This document shows, piece by piece, positions 24,373-37,599 of a DNA stretch of 64,000 nucleotides. The DNA lies in NCBI GenBank assembly GCA_951406725.2, contig OX597818.1:111228001-111292000 (forward strand). Reading direction: 5' to 3'. The notes beneath the pieces were generated by a model that was not told where the DNA came from, did no database searches, and saw only the letters and a program-made list of their open reading frames with translations. This DNA is from Octopus vulgaris (taxonomy: Eukaryota). The translations under genes and the position numbers were made by a program. How positions within the stretch are numbered: the stretch's first letter is position 1; each line of letters begins with the position of its first letter.

Positions 24373-25140
24373 TCAAATGTAAGTAATGTACATAATTTTT
24401 CATCTCTTGAATATAGAACTGTATTGTATATTCTCTGAAAGTATGTAGTTACGTCTTCTCGCGTTCCGAGCCCAAATTCCGCTGTGGCTCGTTTTGCTTT
24501 TTTTTTTCTCCTACGATCAAGTAGCGTAGATTATTAAGAAAAAAAAAAAAAAAAAAAAAAATAGTGGTGATGGAGCGAATGTCAGTCGGTTGAGTAGTTT
24601 GAATCTCACAGAACTCACGATAATCACCCATCAGGAGGAGTGAGAGATTTTACGTGGATATTTTTTAAATAAAAAATCTTGCGGTGAAAAATTTTGAAAA
24701 AGTTTTAGCAATAGAATTTTTCACCAAAATACAGAAATGAAGGTTATACCTCAAAATATTCTTCCCTCTTTTATGTTTATTCCGAAGCAGCTTTCTCTGG
24801 TGACATGGCAGACGTTCTACCATTGGATCAAAACCATCGTTCGAATTTGTTTATCCGTTTAAGAAACAATATTCTTATCAACGAAAATTGTGTTGTTGAT
24901 GTCTTAAGAACTTGTGAGCTTTTGAGAGAAAATTAGATTAATCTCTTTTGGAAGAGTGGATCTGGAAGCACACAACGCTATAGAAAAACCCCTCTGACTT
25001 TTTGTATTCAAGAGGCTTTTAATCCAATAATTGCATACTAATATCTATAGGTCTAAGTACTTCGAGATCCCCTGTTCCAAAAAATAATTATTTTACATTC
25101 CTTCGAAAGTTTATAAAATTCTTATGACGTCAACTATATA

Positions 25141-25175
<35 letters not shown>

Positions 25176-26883
25176 ATGTGAGTTTGAGGTGTATGTGTGC
25201 GTGGATTCCAAGACAACCAATGAAAGAACTTTAAGACATCCGGCCCGTTCTCTGCTCGTCTCAATGTACACAACTTTGTTTCGTTTTGTGTGTTTTGTTT
25301 CTTTTTATGTTCTGTGACTCCTTATTACTTTGCCTTTACACATTTAACAGTTTTTGTTTTTCTTTCCTGGGTCGGTTTGATGACGTAATTTTCGTGTTTG
25401 TCGTCTTGACGTCATAATCTCCAAACACCAGTTGCATTATATTCGCTCGAACACACCGTGCATATATATGTATTTACTATATGGAGAATTTTTAGAGTGA
25501 AGTTCCATAAATCCCAACAATTTTATTAAAAATGGAGAAAACAAGTTATTAAAATTTATAAGAAGTTTAATAAATTTTAACAATTTATCTCCTCCATTTT
25601 TAACAAAATCGATGGGATTATGGAACTTATTCCTTCCATAAATTCATCATACATTATATACAAGTACTACTTTCATATCTTCGCAAATTTACGCCTGTAA
25701 ACTCCCAGCAAAGTATGAAGAATCAACATCAGAAATCTTTTTTGGAAACCTCCAATTAAAGGACGAATCCACATTCAACCTTTATACACCTGTATATAAC
25801 AGGTAATGTGAAGAAACAAAAGACCTGGTAATTCAATTCGCAAACATGACTCCGATTAGAGATGGATTTAAAGGACAATTGTAAATGATAGATTAAAAAT
25901 ATATAAATACACAGTTTTTTTTCAAATCTATAAATAAATATATTAAAAATATATATGTATAAAGTAATAGATTTATGAAAAAACCTCCCGATTCAGACAT
26001 AAAAACGTCAAGACATGCGTGTATAGGTAAAAATATTGGAGAAAATCTGAAGAGGTGATGGAAGCGAACTAAAAGATACAATGAGGAGCGAAGTTAAAAT
26101 TCGGGATAGTTAAAATTAGTTAAAGTAGGGTATCAACGGCCGTTTCTGGGGGTTCATTGCAGGAAAAAATAAGGGGATATAATACTCATTATTTGGCAAT
26201 TCCTCCTTCTATTTTAATCTATCATATACAATTGTCTTTTAAATCCATCGGGGTCATGTTCGTGGATTGAATTACCAGGTCTTTTGTTTCTTCACATTAC
26301 GTATTTAGATATTTTGCCTCAAGTTACTCTTCAGCACTTCTAAGTCCAAATCTCTACATTGTGAGAGAATTTCTAATCAATCTTCTTTCTCAAAACAATA
26401 TATATATTAGAAGAAGTAACAGAGTGACTCAAGGTCCGAGGGTTTCGTTCATTGGCACTTATCAAACTAGTTATAGGTCGAAGAGCTTTGAATTTATATG
26501 TATCGATTTGAAAATTCGATCTAGAACAATCCAAAGGAAAATATATTTATTACAGGCTACATAAATCTACAGCTCTTCGACATGTAGCTAGTTTGATAAG
26601 TGCCAATGTACGAAATTCTCGGACCTTGAGTCACTCATTTCTGCTAGAAATTAATAAAAACATACATATACTAATAATTCGAGTTCTGCTTTTCCTGTTT
26701 GCATCACCATATATATATTTTTTCCCTCTGTCTTCCCTTCTCTGGATCTTTCCTTCTCCTATGTTTCCGACGAAGAGCTCCGCTCGAAACGTTAAGCCCT
26801 CCTTCTTTCGTGAGCGTCCAATAATACTATATTTGTTCCACGTCCCTCGCGTTGTTGTGTTTTTTGTGCTTTCATATTTGGAT

Positions 26884-26936
<53 letters not shown>

Positions 26937-26990
26937 ATGTAATAATGCAATAATTACTATGAACCATTGTGCAGAATATATCGTATAAAG

Positions 26991-27668
26991 GATCGTGGGT
27001 AAGGCCAAAATAGTGCGAAGTAAATGCAAGGTAAATCACAAGAAAACAAATATGTGAATTAATGTAGACTTACCTTACTTACCTTGTATTCAATATTTCG
27101 GGGTTATGACCACATTTTCAAGAAATTGACGAATGTTGCCGATGGTCGTGTGTGTGAGCGTGTGTGGAGTGGACATGCGCAGAAATGTGTTGCTATAGCA
27201 ACTAGCTAGCTTCCTGTAGCTCCCTTCTATTGATGATCTTGGGTTTTTTTTTTTTTTTTTGGTGTATGAGGATGGCCCCAGAGATTCTAAGTTTGCTCCT
27301 GTTCCGCTACGTTGCCTTGATGTGCACAACGAATTCCTAGGGTCTGGCATATCCGTCGATGTTTCTTCTCGGAAGTGTCTGCCTGCATGTGTTCCTTCAT
27401 GCGTACATGCAATTTTCTTGTTGTGCTTCCGATGCAGGATGCGTCACATTTGCCACATACATTCTTAAATTCGACATTGGTCCTCTGGCACAATTCAGGG
27501 TCATTCATGGGGCAGTTCGACGCTCACACACGCACATCGGTAACAATCGTCAATTTCTTGAAAATGGTGTCATAACTCCGAAATATTGAATACAAGGTAA
27601 GTCTACATTAATTCACATATATGTTTTCTTGGGATTTACCTTGCATTGTTTTGGCCTTACCCACGATC
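26991..27668 (-). mobile_element. Penelope-like element 3' fragment: GIY-YIG remnant between inverted pseudo-LTR copies
   Basis: Minus ORF CGKCDASCIGSTTRKLHVRMKEH matches the PLE GIY-YIG pattern CxxC..(Y)IG.T.R.L..R..EH. 26991-27160 and 27520-27668 are inverted copies. Confidence 0.8.
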
Positions 27669-27677
27669 TTTTATACA

Positions 27678-27716
<39 letters not shown>

Positions 27717-27777
27717 CACATACATATATATATACACACATATATATATATATATATATACACACATACATATATAT

Positions 27778-27825
<48 letters not shown>

Positions 27826-28521
27826 ATACACACATATATATATATACATACATGTATATATACATATATATATATATACATACATGTATATACACACATA
27901 TATATATATATATACATACATGTATATATACACACACATATATATATATATACATATATATACACGTATATGTATATACATATGTATATACACATACATA
28001 TATACACACATATATACACATATATGTACATACATATATATATATACACATACATATATACACACATATATATATATATACATACACACATATATGTACA
28101 TACATATATATATACACATACATATATACACACATATATATATATACATACACACATATATATATACATATACATACACACATATATATACATATATATA
28201 CATATATACGTACACATATATATATATACTTATATATACATATATACATACACATATATACATATATATATATACATACACATATATACATATATATATA
28301 TACATACACATATATACATATAGATATATACATACACACATATATATATATATATATATATACATACATGCACATATATACATACACATACATATATATA
28401 CACATATATACATACACATATATATATATACACATATACATACACATATATATACACATATATATATATATACACATATACATACACACATATATATATA
28501 TACACATATACATACACATAC

Positions 28522-28556
<35 letters not shown>

Positions 28557-28764
28557 CATACATATATATATATATATACATACACATATATACATACACA
28601 TACATATATATACATATACATATATATATATACATACACATATATATATATACATACACATATATACATACACATATATACATACACATACATACATACA
28701 CATACATATATATATATATATATACATACACATATATACATACACACACATATATACATACACG

Positions 28765-28822
<58 letters not shown>

Positions 28823-28866
28823 CATACATATATATATATATGTATACACACACACATATATATATA
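27678..28866. repeat. 1.2-kb compound (TA)/(CA) microsatellite
   Basis: Nearly uninterrupted purine-pyrimidine alternation; the source of the spurious Y/I/H/T and Y/I/C/V ORFs. Confidence 0.95.
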
Positions 28867-29024
28867 AAGATGAAATTAAGGGATATAATACCCATTATCT
28901 GGCAATTCCTCCCCCTTTAATCTATCATGTACGATTGTCTTTTAAATCCATCTCTAATTAAGTGTGTCTTCGTATGTGTCCATTTATGCACACTGTTCTA
29001 AATATGTGCTTAGGAGAGTTTAAT

Positions 29025-29692
29025 TAGTGTGTATATCTGTACTCGTATCTACCCATTTATAAGTGTATACATATATGTGTATACACGAATAACTATATAT
29101 TTCTGTATATGCATGTAAGTGCTTGTATATACGTATTGATATATAATTATATATATACATGAGTATATATATATATGGATATGTATATTTATGTATATAT
29201 GTGTGTATATATCTATGTGTGCGCATTTGTGCATGTATGTATATATATGTGTGTGTTTATGGGCATGTGTAAATGTATGAATATATATGTGTGTGTATAT
29301 ATATATATACATACATGTGTATGTGTCTGTGTGTGTATATGTATGTGTACGTTTATCTAGGCGTGTATGTATATATATCTGTATATGTATGGATGTGTAC
29401 ATATATATGCGTGTATATGCATTTATATGTATATATTTGTATGTGAATCTATATGTATATAAATGTATATATATGAAATGTATTTGTATATATATCTGGA
29501 TGTGAGTGTATCCATATGTATGTATATATGTATGTATATATGCATGCATGTATGTGTGTTCTTATATATATATGGTTGTATATATGTGTATGTATGTGTA
29601 CGTACGTATGTGTGTACATGTATGCGTGTGTGTGTGTGTATATGTGTATATATGTATATATATATGTGTGTATGTATATATGTGTGTGTGTA
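29025..29692. repeat. Degenerate (TA)/(TG) microsatellite
   Basis: Direct reading of the sequence. Confidence 0.9.
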
Positions 29693-30750
29693 GATAAGTG
29701 TATATTTGAATTCTTTCATCTACAACAGATTTAATACAAGCAAAGACTCAGAAACTAGTCACTGGGTTCTGCTGGTTTAGCCGGGTGGAGGTGCTTGTCT
29801 CCCACTTGTAAATATAAAGACGGGTGGCACGTAAAAAGCACCCACTACACTCACGGAGTGGTTGGCGTTAGGAAGGGCATCCAGCTGTAGAAACATTGCC
29901 AGATAAGACTGGAGCCTGGTGCAGCCTTCTGGCTTCCCAGATCCCCGGTCGAACCGTCCAACCCATGCTAGCATGGAGAACGGACGTTAAACGATGATGA
30001 TGATGATGATGATGATGAAATTGTCAAGGCGGACAGGAAGCGGTGCTGCTGTGCCTAGGGCTAAATAACAGTAGCATTCTTCCCTCTCATGGGACTGTCA
30101 CATTAAGTTGACAGCCTGCATCTACTTCATCGTATCACTACTGTATAAATCTCTCTAAGAGATTTAGAAATGTATTATTTCTATCTCAATCGTTATAATA
30201 ATTCAATTAGAAAATTAATTATAAGTGGACCAATTCTGAATTGCTTCATTTTAGTGCATATTCTTGTAGTTACTGTTAAATTTATCATTATATTAGTATC
30301 TAATATTAATTACATATCACAAATAAGATGTCTTCATTATACTAAACGAACGGGTGTACAAATACACTTATTCCATTTATTACTTAATTGATAATAATTA
30401 TAATAATAATAAAAAGTAGTTTCATTTGACTTACTAAATAAATTTAATAACCAAAATTATAATTATTATAGTATTGTATAGTTTATTAAAATGTATTCTT
30501 ATTACAACAGTATTGTTTGTTTCTTCTGAAAATATTGATAGAGTTTGGATATACACCATATATGGTCCCTCATTTTGTAAATGATAATATAGGTTAGTTC
30601 ATCGAGAACAGTCCTTGTTTGGTTTATATTAATGATTTCTGTCGATTCACTAAATTCTCCTTTCCATAAAATACGAATGACAACCATTGTTTAAGTAACT
30701 TCAAATCTGGTTACCTCTAAAGAATTAGTAAATTTTATTTCCATTACTAT

Positions 30751-31154
30751 GGGAGTGGCTGTGTGGTAAGTAGCTTGCTAACCAACCACATTGTTCCGGG
30801 TTCAGTCCCACTGCGTGGCATCTTGGGCAAGTGTCTTCTGCTATAGCCCCGGGCCGACTAATGCCTTGTGAGTGGATTTGGTAGACGGAAACTGAAAGAA
30901 GCATGTCGTATATATGTATATATATATGTATGTGTGTGTTTGTGTGTCTGTGTTTGTCCCCCTAGCATTGCTTGACAACCGATGCTGGTGTGTTTACGTC
31001 CCCGTCACTTAGCGGTTCGGCAAAAGAGACCGATAGAATAAGTACTGGGCTTACAAAGAATAAGTCCCGGGGTCGATTTGCTCGACTAAAGGCGATGCTC
31101 CTGCATGGCCGCAGTCAAATGACTGAAACAAGTAAAAGAGTAAAGAGTAGAGAG
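30751..31154 (+). mobile_element. Young copy of the same tRNA-derived SINE
   Basis: Nearly identical to 13935-14356. Flanked by TACTAT on both sides (possible target-site duplication). Confidence 0.88.
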
Positions 31155-32058
31155 TACTATAGCCTAAATATATATCTATGGAGTATTTTGGTTATCGCAT
31201 TTACAGCCTTAACTCTATATTAACGCTTATTACGGAATTCTCCCTACGATAAATTAAATAAACAAGGAAAAAATTCTTATTGGGTTTCAATTCATATCTA
31301 CTACGGAATTATCCCTCTGGGAAAATAATAAACATAGAAGATTATTATTAGTTAATTTCTGATATCAATTAATTTAAATAAATAAGAGTTGCATTGAAGA
31401 TGTAATTGTTTATATATTTTTTGTTGCAGTTATACTACATAGGGGAAGACTTAGATAATTATATCTATATATATCTATATATATCTATATCTACACGTAC
31501 ATATCTTATTGTTGTATGTTGTGGTGACAAGGGACTATCTTGGACATGAAAGAGTTTCCATTGGTATGTGTTTGAAATGTAATGGTGAATTTCGATGGTT
31601 GTGGATTGCACTTACTTGGTTGTATCTTCCGTTAAAGTGTTTTTATTGTTTTACAATTATTATTGATGTATGATTGAATAGTTAACGCTCACGCTCATAA
31701 TACATAGACATTTGAAATCATTTTTACAACCTAGCCGTCCTTTCACACGGAATTTCGTCTATCTTTAAACCATGGCTCTGAAGTGACTTATATATATAAA
31801 GGGAACTGTTATTGCGTATATATATCAGAAAATGTATAAAAGTCGAAGCAATTTGTTGGCCTTTTATGTTCTTTTTAAATAATTGTTTATGTTATATGAT
31901 ATCATGTCATATTATATTCACAGAATATCATGTAATATTATAAATAAATTATTGGATTGTCAATATATATATATGTTGCATACAAATTAAGAAAAATGAG
32001 CACCAAAGTGGATTCCTTGTATGCTAGAATAACTATTGCTTAACCATTTTCTCACACC

Positions 32059-32067
32059 GTCTCCGAT

Positions 32068-32117
<50 letters not shown>

Positions 32118-32140
32118 TATCCCGGAAACAGCTGTAAGAC
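32059..32140 (+). ncRNA. Minimal hammerhead motif with a (TA)n helix II
   Basis: GTCT-CCGATGA-AGGG(AT)n..ATATCCCG-GAA-ACAGCTGT-A-AGAC. Copies at 33981-34032(-) and 34385-34466(+). Confidence 0.7.
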
Positions 32141-33003
32141 ATTCTCCTTATAAATGTTCTGAAATCTTTCACAGACGTCAAATCGCCTTACCTCGGGTGA
32201 GCGTTCTGTGCCTAAGTCTGGAAATTGTGTTTTGTAAGCGACAGACTACGCTGTTGAGCTTGCAGATATTTACACTCGTAAATATTAACAAACGAAACCA
32301 TGGTACATAGGTAATCGTTTTTTTTTTCGTATATTTTCATTTCTCTTGCACATTTTTACATTCTGGCGTTTGCTGAAATTTTTCTTGAGAACACATTCTT
32401 CGTGGTAAGGCGATTTGACGTCTATCTTTAGCATATTAGGAATCCACTTTGGTGGTCATACCTCTTAATTTGTATGTAATATAATTTTTAATCTTCGGAT
32501 TTCTTAAATATGCCAAGCCACTGGTTTTAATTGATTAATTTCAGTTTCTACCCTTATTATTTAATATATATATTGTCTTGTTATTTTCCTTGTCCTGTTT
32601 TTTACTGCTTATCTTTTGTACTGTCGTTACTGTCCTGTTTTTGTTACCATTTTTACCCCTCTGCAAAAAGATCTCAAATTTTATTTGATTTGCTTTTCGC
32701 AGGAAGGAAAGTTTCTATCGAAGATACGTCTCGCCTTCATCTTCGAAACGTAGAGTAGATGAAACCATGGCGACTGAAGAAGGGGTTTTTCCTTGGGTTA
32801 TTTGTCCTGTACTCTATTTTTGTTGTTGTTTAAGAAAAATGTTCAGTTCCTTGTGTTTGTGTCTATGTTTTCGTTTCTCATTGTGTTCGACGTTTTTTTG
32901 GTGTCCTGTACTCATATATGCGTGTATATATACATGTAGAGGTAGGTACGTACATATATGTATATATATATATGCATATGTTTTATTTATTAATATGTTT
33001 ATT

Positions 33004-33056
<53 letters not shown>

Positions 33057-33924
33057 TCTGGGTAATAACCGTTCCTTACTTTAAACGTCCCGCTGGCCAC
33101 TTTATTATTACCTTATAAATAACGGTAATAATACTGTATCTCTTTCTTTCTTCCTCTCTCTCATATGTATATATATATATGACACGTTCACTTAACTGTA
33201 TCAGCTTTAACTTACGGCGCCAAAAATACTGTTACATGACAATAACGCACGGATGTTGTGAGTCATTTATACAAAAATTTCATCTGATCAACCTCTGCAA
33301 ATCAAATTGTATTCTCAGCAGATACTAACTTGTGCTATGATCTCTCTACAAAAACAAGAAAATTTTAAAACTCCAGTAAGAAGTAAGACCATTGCGGCAT
33401 AGCCCAACGTCTTTCTATTTTAACCTTTGAAAATCAGAAAAATCTGTGAAAACGGTTATGACTTCAAAAATAAAACATCTAAAAGACTCCAAGTGCATTT
33501 TCAACTCCTTTTTTTCTTATATATATACACACAATTGCCGTAGCATGGCCACAGCTTCGAGCTGAAACTAATAAAAAGTAAAACATGTATATATTTCGTT
33601 TTTGTATTTAGTTTGCAAGATTCTTTATGTGAATTTGTGTTGAAGCATATTTTGTTGTGTCTGGGGAAAGTCATTCTGTTTTAATCAATTAACACACTCA
33701 CCGGTCCAATTTCCATTCATTTACTTATCTCTTTAATTTTTTCCTAAAATCTTCGTGGCTTCTTGAAACCTCTTCAATATCGAAGAGATTGCAAGAAACA
33801 ACGAAAATTTTAGTGAAATAAGTAAATGAATGGAAATTGAAACGGTGAGTGTGTTAATAAGGCGTTAAAACAGAATAATTGTCCCCAGACACAACAATAT
33901 ATATATATACATAAACAAAGTAAT

Positions 33925-34393
33925 AGAATGAGATAAAAATCCAAGGCTGTGAAAGATTTCAGAACATTTATAAGGAGAATGTCTTATAGCTGTTTCCGGG
34001 ATATTATATATATATATCCCTTCATCGGAGACGGTGTGAGAAAATGGTTAAGCAATAGTTATTCTAGATAAGATATGAAATAGAGAGTGGAGTGGAGGAA
34101 TGAAAATAGACGTGAGATACGCAGGGATATTGTATCTGCAGTTCCATTATTTGGGCAGGATGGTATACATATAAGATTCCTGTACCTTGTAAGTTCCAAT
34201 GGTATTTAAAATTGGTCGGTGGAATTTACTCACAAGGTCCAGGAATCTTATATGTATACAATCCTGCCCAAATAATGGAACTGCAGATACAATATCCATG
34301 CATATCTCACGTCTATTTTCATTCCTCCACTCTCTATTTCATATCTTATCTAGACTAACTATTGCTTAACCATTTTCTCACACCGTCTCCGAT

Positions 34394-34446
<53 letters not shown>

Positions 34447-34513
34447 CCCGGAAACAGCTGTAAGACATTCTCCTTATAAAATTTTTCACAGCTTTGGATT
34501 TTTATCTCATTCT
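33925..34513. repeat. Fold-back inverted repeat (~275-bp arms) carrying hammerhead motifs in both arms
   Basis: agaatgagataaaaatcca...gttcca [about 21-nt loop] tggaa...tggatttttatctcattct; arms differ by few substitutions. Confidence 0.9.
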
Positions 34514-34677
34514 GTTAATTTTTTTTATATATACGCATGCTGATATATGACCTACGTTGGACTCCTCATTCGCATAATCACCGAACGTGGAGCTTAACTA
34601 GAGTCTTCCATAGCACTTACTCAGCATTACCTGACACCTTTGGGTCTTATTGACACCATTACGTCTCATAACCTCAA

Positions 34678-34811
34678 TACATACATACATACATACATAC
34701 ATACATACATACATACATACATACATACATACATACATACATACATACATACATACATACATACATACATACATACATACATACATACATACATACATAC
34801 ATACATACATA
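34678..34811. repeat. Perfect (TACA)n tetranucleotide microsatellite
   Basis: About 33 uninterrupted units. Confidence 0.95.
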
Positions 34812-35273
34812 CCAATATTAATAGTATGACAAAAGAATGAATGAGACCTCAATATTATGTAAATAAGGAATTTATCTGTAATATATGTGACAATTATTCG
34901 GCTGCCATGATAAAAGTCCGAGTTTCGGATGTCGTGACAGAAAACTGCTCCGGCATCTCGTCATTTATTAAGACACAAAAATGCGCCTTTAAATATATAT
35001 TGAAATATGTAAAAAAAATATATAAAAGATATATAGAGAAATAAAATGAATTTTTGTTTGTCTTAATAACTGACGAAATGCCAGAGCAGTTTTCCGCCCC
35101 GACATCCGAAACTCGGAGTTTTATTATGGCAATCGAATAATTGTCACATGTTATATTACAGATATGCGTGTGCCAGTGTGCGCATTGTGTGTGTATGTGT
35201 TCACATGCACATACACACATGTATGTGAAACTGTTCTATACGAGACATTTTGGAAAACAAAACAAAGAAAAAT

Positions 35274-35694
35274 GGATCTTTTCGGTTTGAACGGCAGTTT
35301 TTTCTAGCGGTGTCATATGAAATTGTCACCCATAATTATGACCCTAGTATCGATCTATTACATTTCAATCTGTTTTAGGGTTAGGGTTAGGGGTGGGGGG
35401 AAGGGTATTTTTTTCCTTCAGAAATGTAAATAAACCCAACCTGTTTCTTAAACGAGGGACATATTCATACGGCACAGAATGTTTTTTTTTACCTCAATAG
35501 ACGTCATTGATTGGTTGAAATTGCAGAAATTGAAGAAAAAAACAACAACAAATATCTTACAAACTATAGAATTTTCTCAATAAAGCCAAGAGAAAAAGAT
35601 GTTTTATAAACACATTCTACCAGTATACGAAGTTTAAAATTTTTTAGTTACCTAGAAATTATGTAAAAAACTGCCGTTCAAACCGAAAAGATCC
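35274..35694. mobile_element. MITE with ~29-bp terminal inverted repeats
   Basis: GGATCTTTTCGGTTTGAACGGCAGTTTTT ... AAAAACTGCCGTTCAAACCGAAAAGATCC; no ORF; internal (TTAGGG)3. Confidence 0.85.
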
Positions 35695-36070
35695 CAAAAA
35701 ATTAAGTTGATGTTAAGCATGCGTGATATTTGACATTATAGTGCGATAGGGCAGATTGGCAAATGTGCATATGAATATTTTTAAGATGAAAATAGTTTTA
35801 TTCACTGCTAATTTCTATTTATTAACAATCATTTGTACAAGTTTGGATCGTTATTAAAGTCATCAATCAGAAATTGTTCTGATATTCATTTCGATAAATA
35901 AAACTTTTCCAGTTCAGTTTGTCGTCCATGGCAACAGCATCTGCAAAACTGAGAGTTGAACACACACGTGAATTGCTGTTGTCACAATTTTTACGATTCT
36001 ATATTTTTTTCACAATAACCAAGTCCGTCAGAATTTATTCAATTCTCCTTCACCGAAGTTTAGTGTGTGT

Positions 36071-36129
<59 letters not shown>

Positions 36130-36264
36130 CAAACCGTAGATATCTGGATATCTGATATATACATGCATATATTGGACAGCTCTCATGCACATTTGCACAC
36201 TGAACACAATATATGTATATACATTTAGTATGTCTATATTATGTACATTTATGAAAACCTTTGC

Positions 36265-36298
<34 letters not shown>

Positions 36299-36626
36299 CT
36301 TATGAAGTCCCCTGTGTTCGTAACGCGCGCAGTGTGTGTGTGTGTGTGTATGTTTGAGTAATGCATGTGATGTATAGGCATATATATTATATATGATTTA
36401 AATATATATGAGTAAAATATATACATACCGTTCTTCAAGACTATCATTGTGTGTGTGTGTGTGTGTACGTGCGTGCGCGCAATCGTGTGTGGTTGTGTGC
36501 GTATATATATATATATATATATATATATCTGCAGAGGCACACAGATATCCAGGTGTAGTCTAAGAGTTTTGTTTTTGAAAATGATTTTTTTGTCTTTTAG
36601 TTTCTCGGCTTTTGTCACCATCGATT

Positions 36627-36984
36627 TCATTTAGGTGTCCCATCATTGCTGACTTTGCTTCTGTGGTCCCACCTATCTCGTCCTATACAGATGCCATCGC
36701 CCCTCCACCAGTTCTCCAGGTCATCGTACCACGTGGGCTTGTACAAATCAGCAGCGTGTAACATGGTACAGAAACGACACCAGAAGAAAGTGTTTATAAA
36801 TTCGCCCATTCCTTTCCACTTGAAGTAGGCATTGTATAGATTATTATTTTGGTCCAATTTGTGGAGGTAAGCCGCTAGCTCTTTTGGCGATTTAAAGTCT
36901 TCCACATGGATGTATGAGTTTAGTGGTGCTATCTTGCGATAGTCATCGGGATGTGCGCCCATCACTATTGGAACGATATCATGT
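36627..36984 (-). CDS. FucTA: Terminal exon of a GT10 alpha-1,3-fucosyltransferase (glycoprotein 3-alpha-L-fucosyltransferase A-like)
   Basis: Minus-strand acceptor ttcttattgcAG. Translates HDIVPIVMGAHPDDYRKIAPLNSYIHVEDFKSPKELAAYLHKLDQNNNLYNAYFKWKGMGEFINTFFWCRFCTMLH...; VPIVMG, SYIHVEDF.SPKELA.YL and YFKWKG.GEFINT.FWCR.C match recalled invertebrate FucTA C-termini. The N-terminal part of the track ORF is intronic microsatellite. Confidence 0.88.
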
Positions 36985-37039
36985 CTGCAATAAGAAAGAA
37001 AAAATAAAGGATAATTAAACACACACAAACACATGCATG

Positions 37040-37083
<44 letters not shown>

Positions 37084-37537
37084 CAAAATAAGCAACAAAG
37101 ATATCCAAAGGTAGTGTAGTACAATAGTTTCATGCTACTTTATTTAATTAAACAATGTAAGTATCACATCAGTTTTAAAATGTAGAGCACTCTTCAGCCA
37201 CATAGGGAATTTAAAAAAATTAAATTGACAGTGTTCATTTTTATACTTAATTCCATTTGCCAACATTACAAAGAGGGTAGGTATATAGACAGAGAGGTGA
37301 ATTTCATCAGTAAAAACATGGTAGTAAAAGATTTCTTCATATATATATATATAAACATTGATTAGAGAACAAACATAAAATTCGAGTCAACGACTTTATA
37401 TAACACCACGCTTCCGTACATTTGATCATATATAAATACTACCATGGCCTTTAACATATATAATTACATGTGAGCACTTCTTGCAGTCCTATAAACCCTT
37501 TTGTCTCCATAAAAAGAGGCAAAAATGATTTCTTGTC

Positions 37538-37599
<62 letters not shown>

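Noticed and set aside
27613-28961. ORFs of 390-446 aa in several frames
   Set aside because: Stop-free only because they run through TA/CA microsatellite. The same applies to ORFs at 17069-17605, 42843-43214 and 52105-53053.
30490-31340. Possible second Naiad GIY-YIG remnant on the minus strand, split by the SINE at 30751
   Set aside because: Only faint similarity by eye; no intact diagnostic motif.
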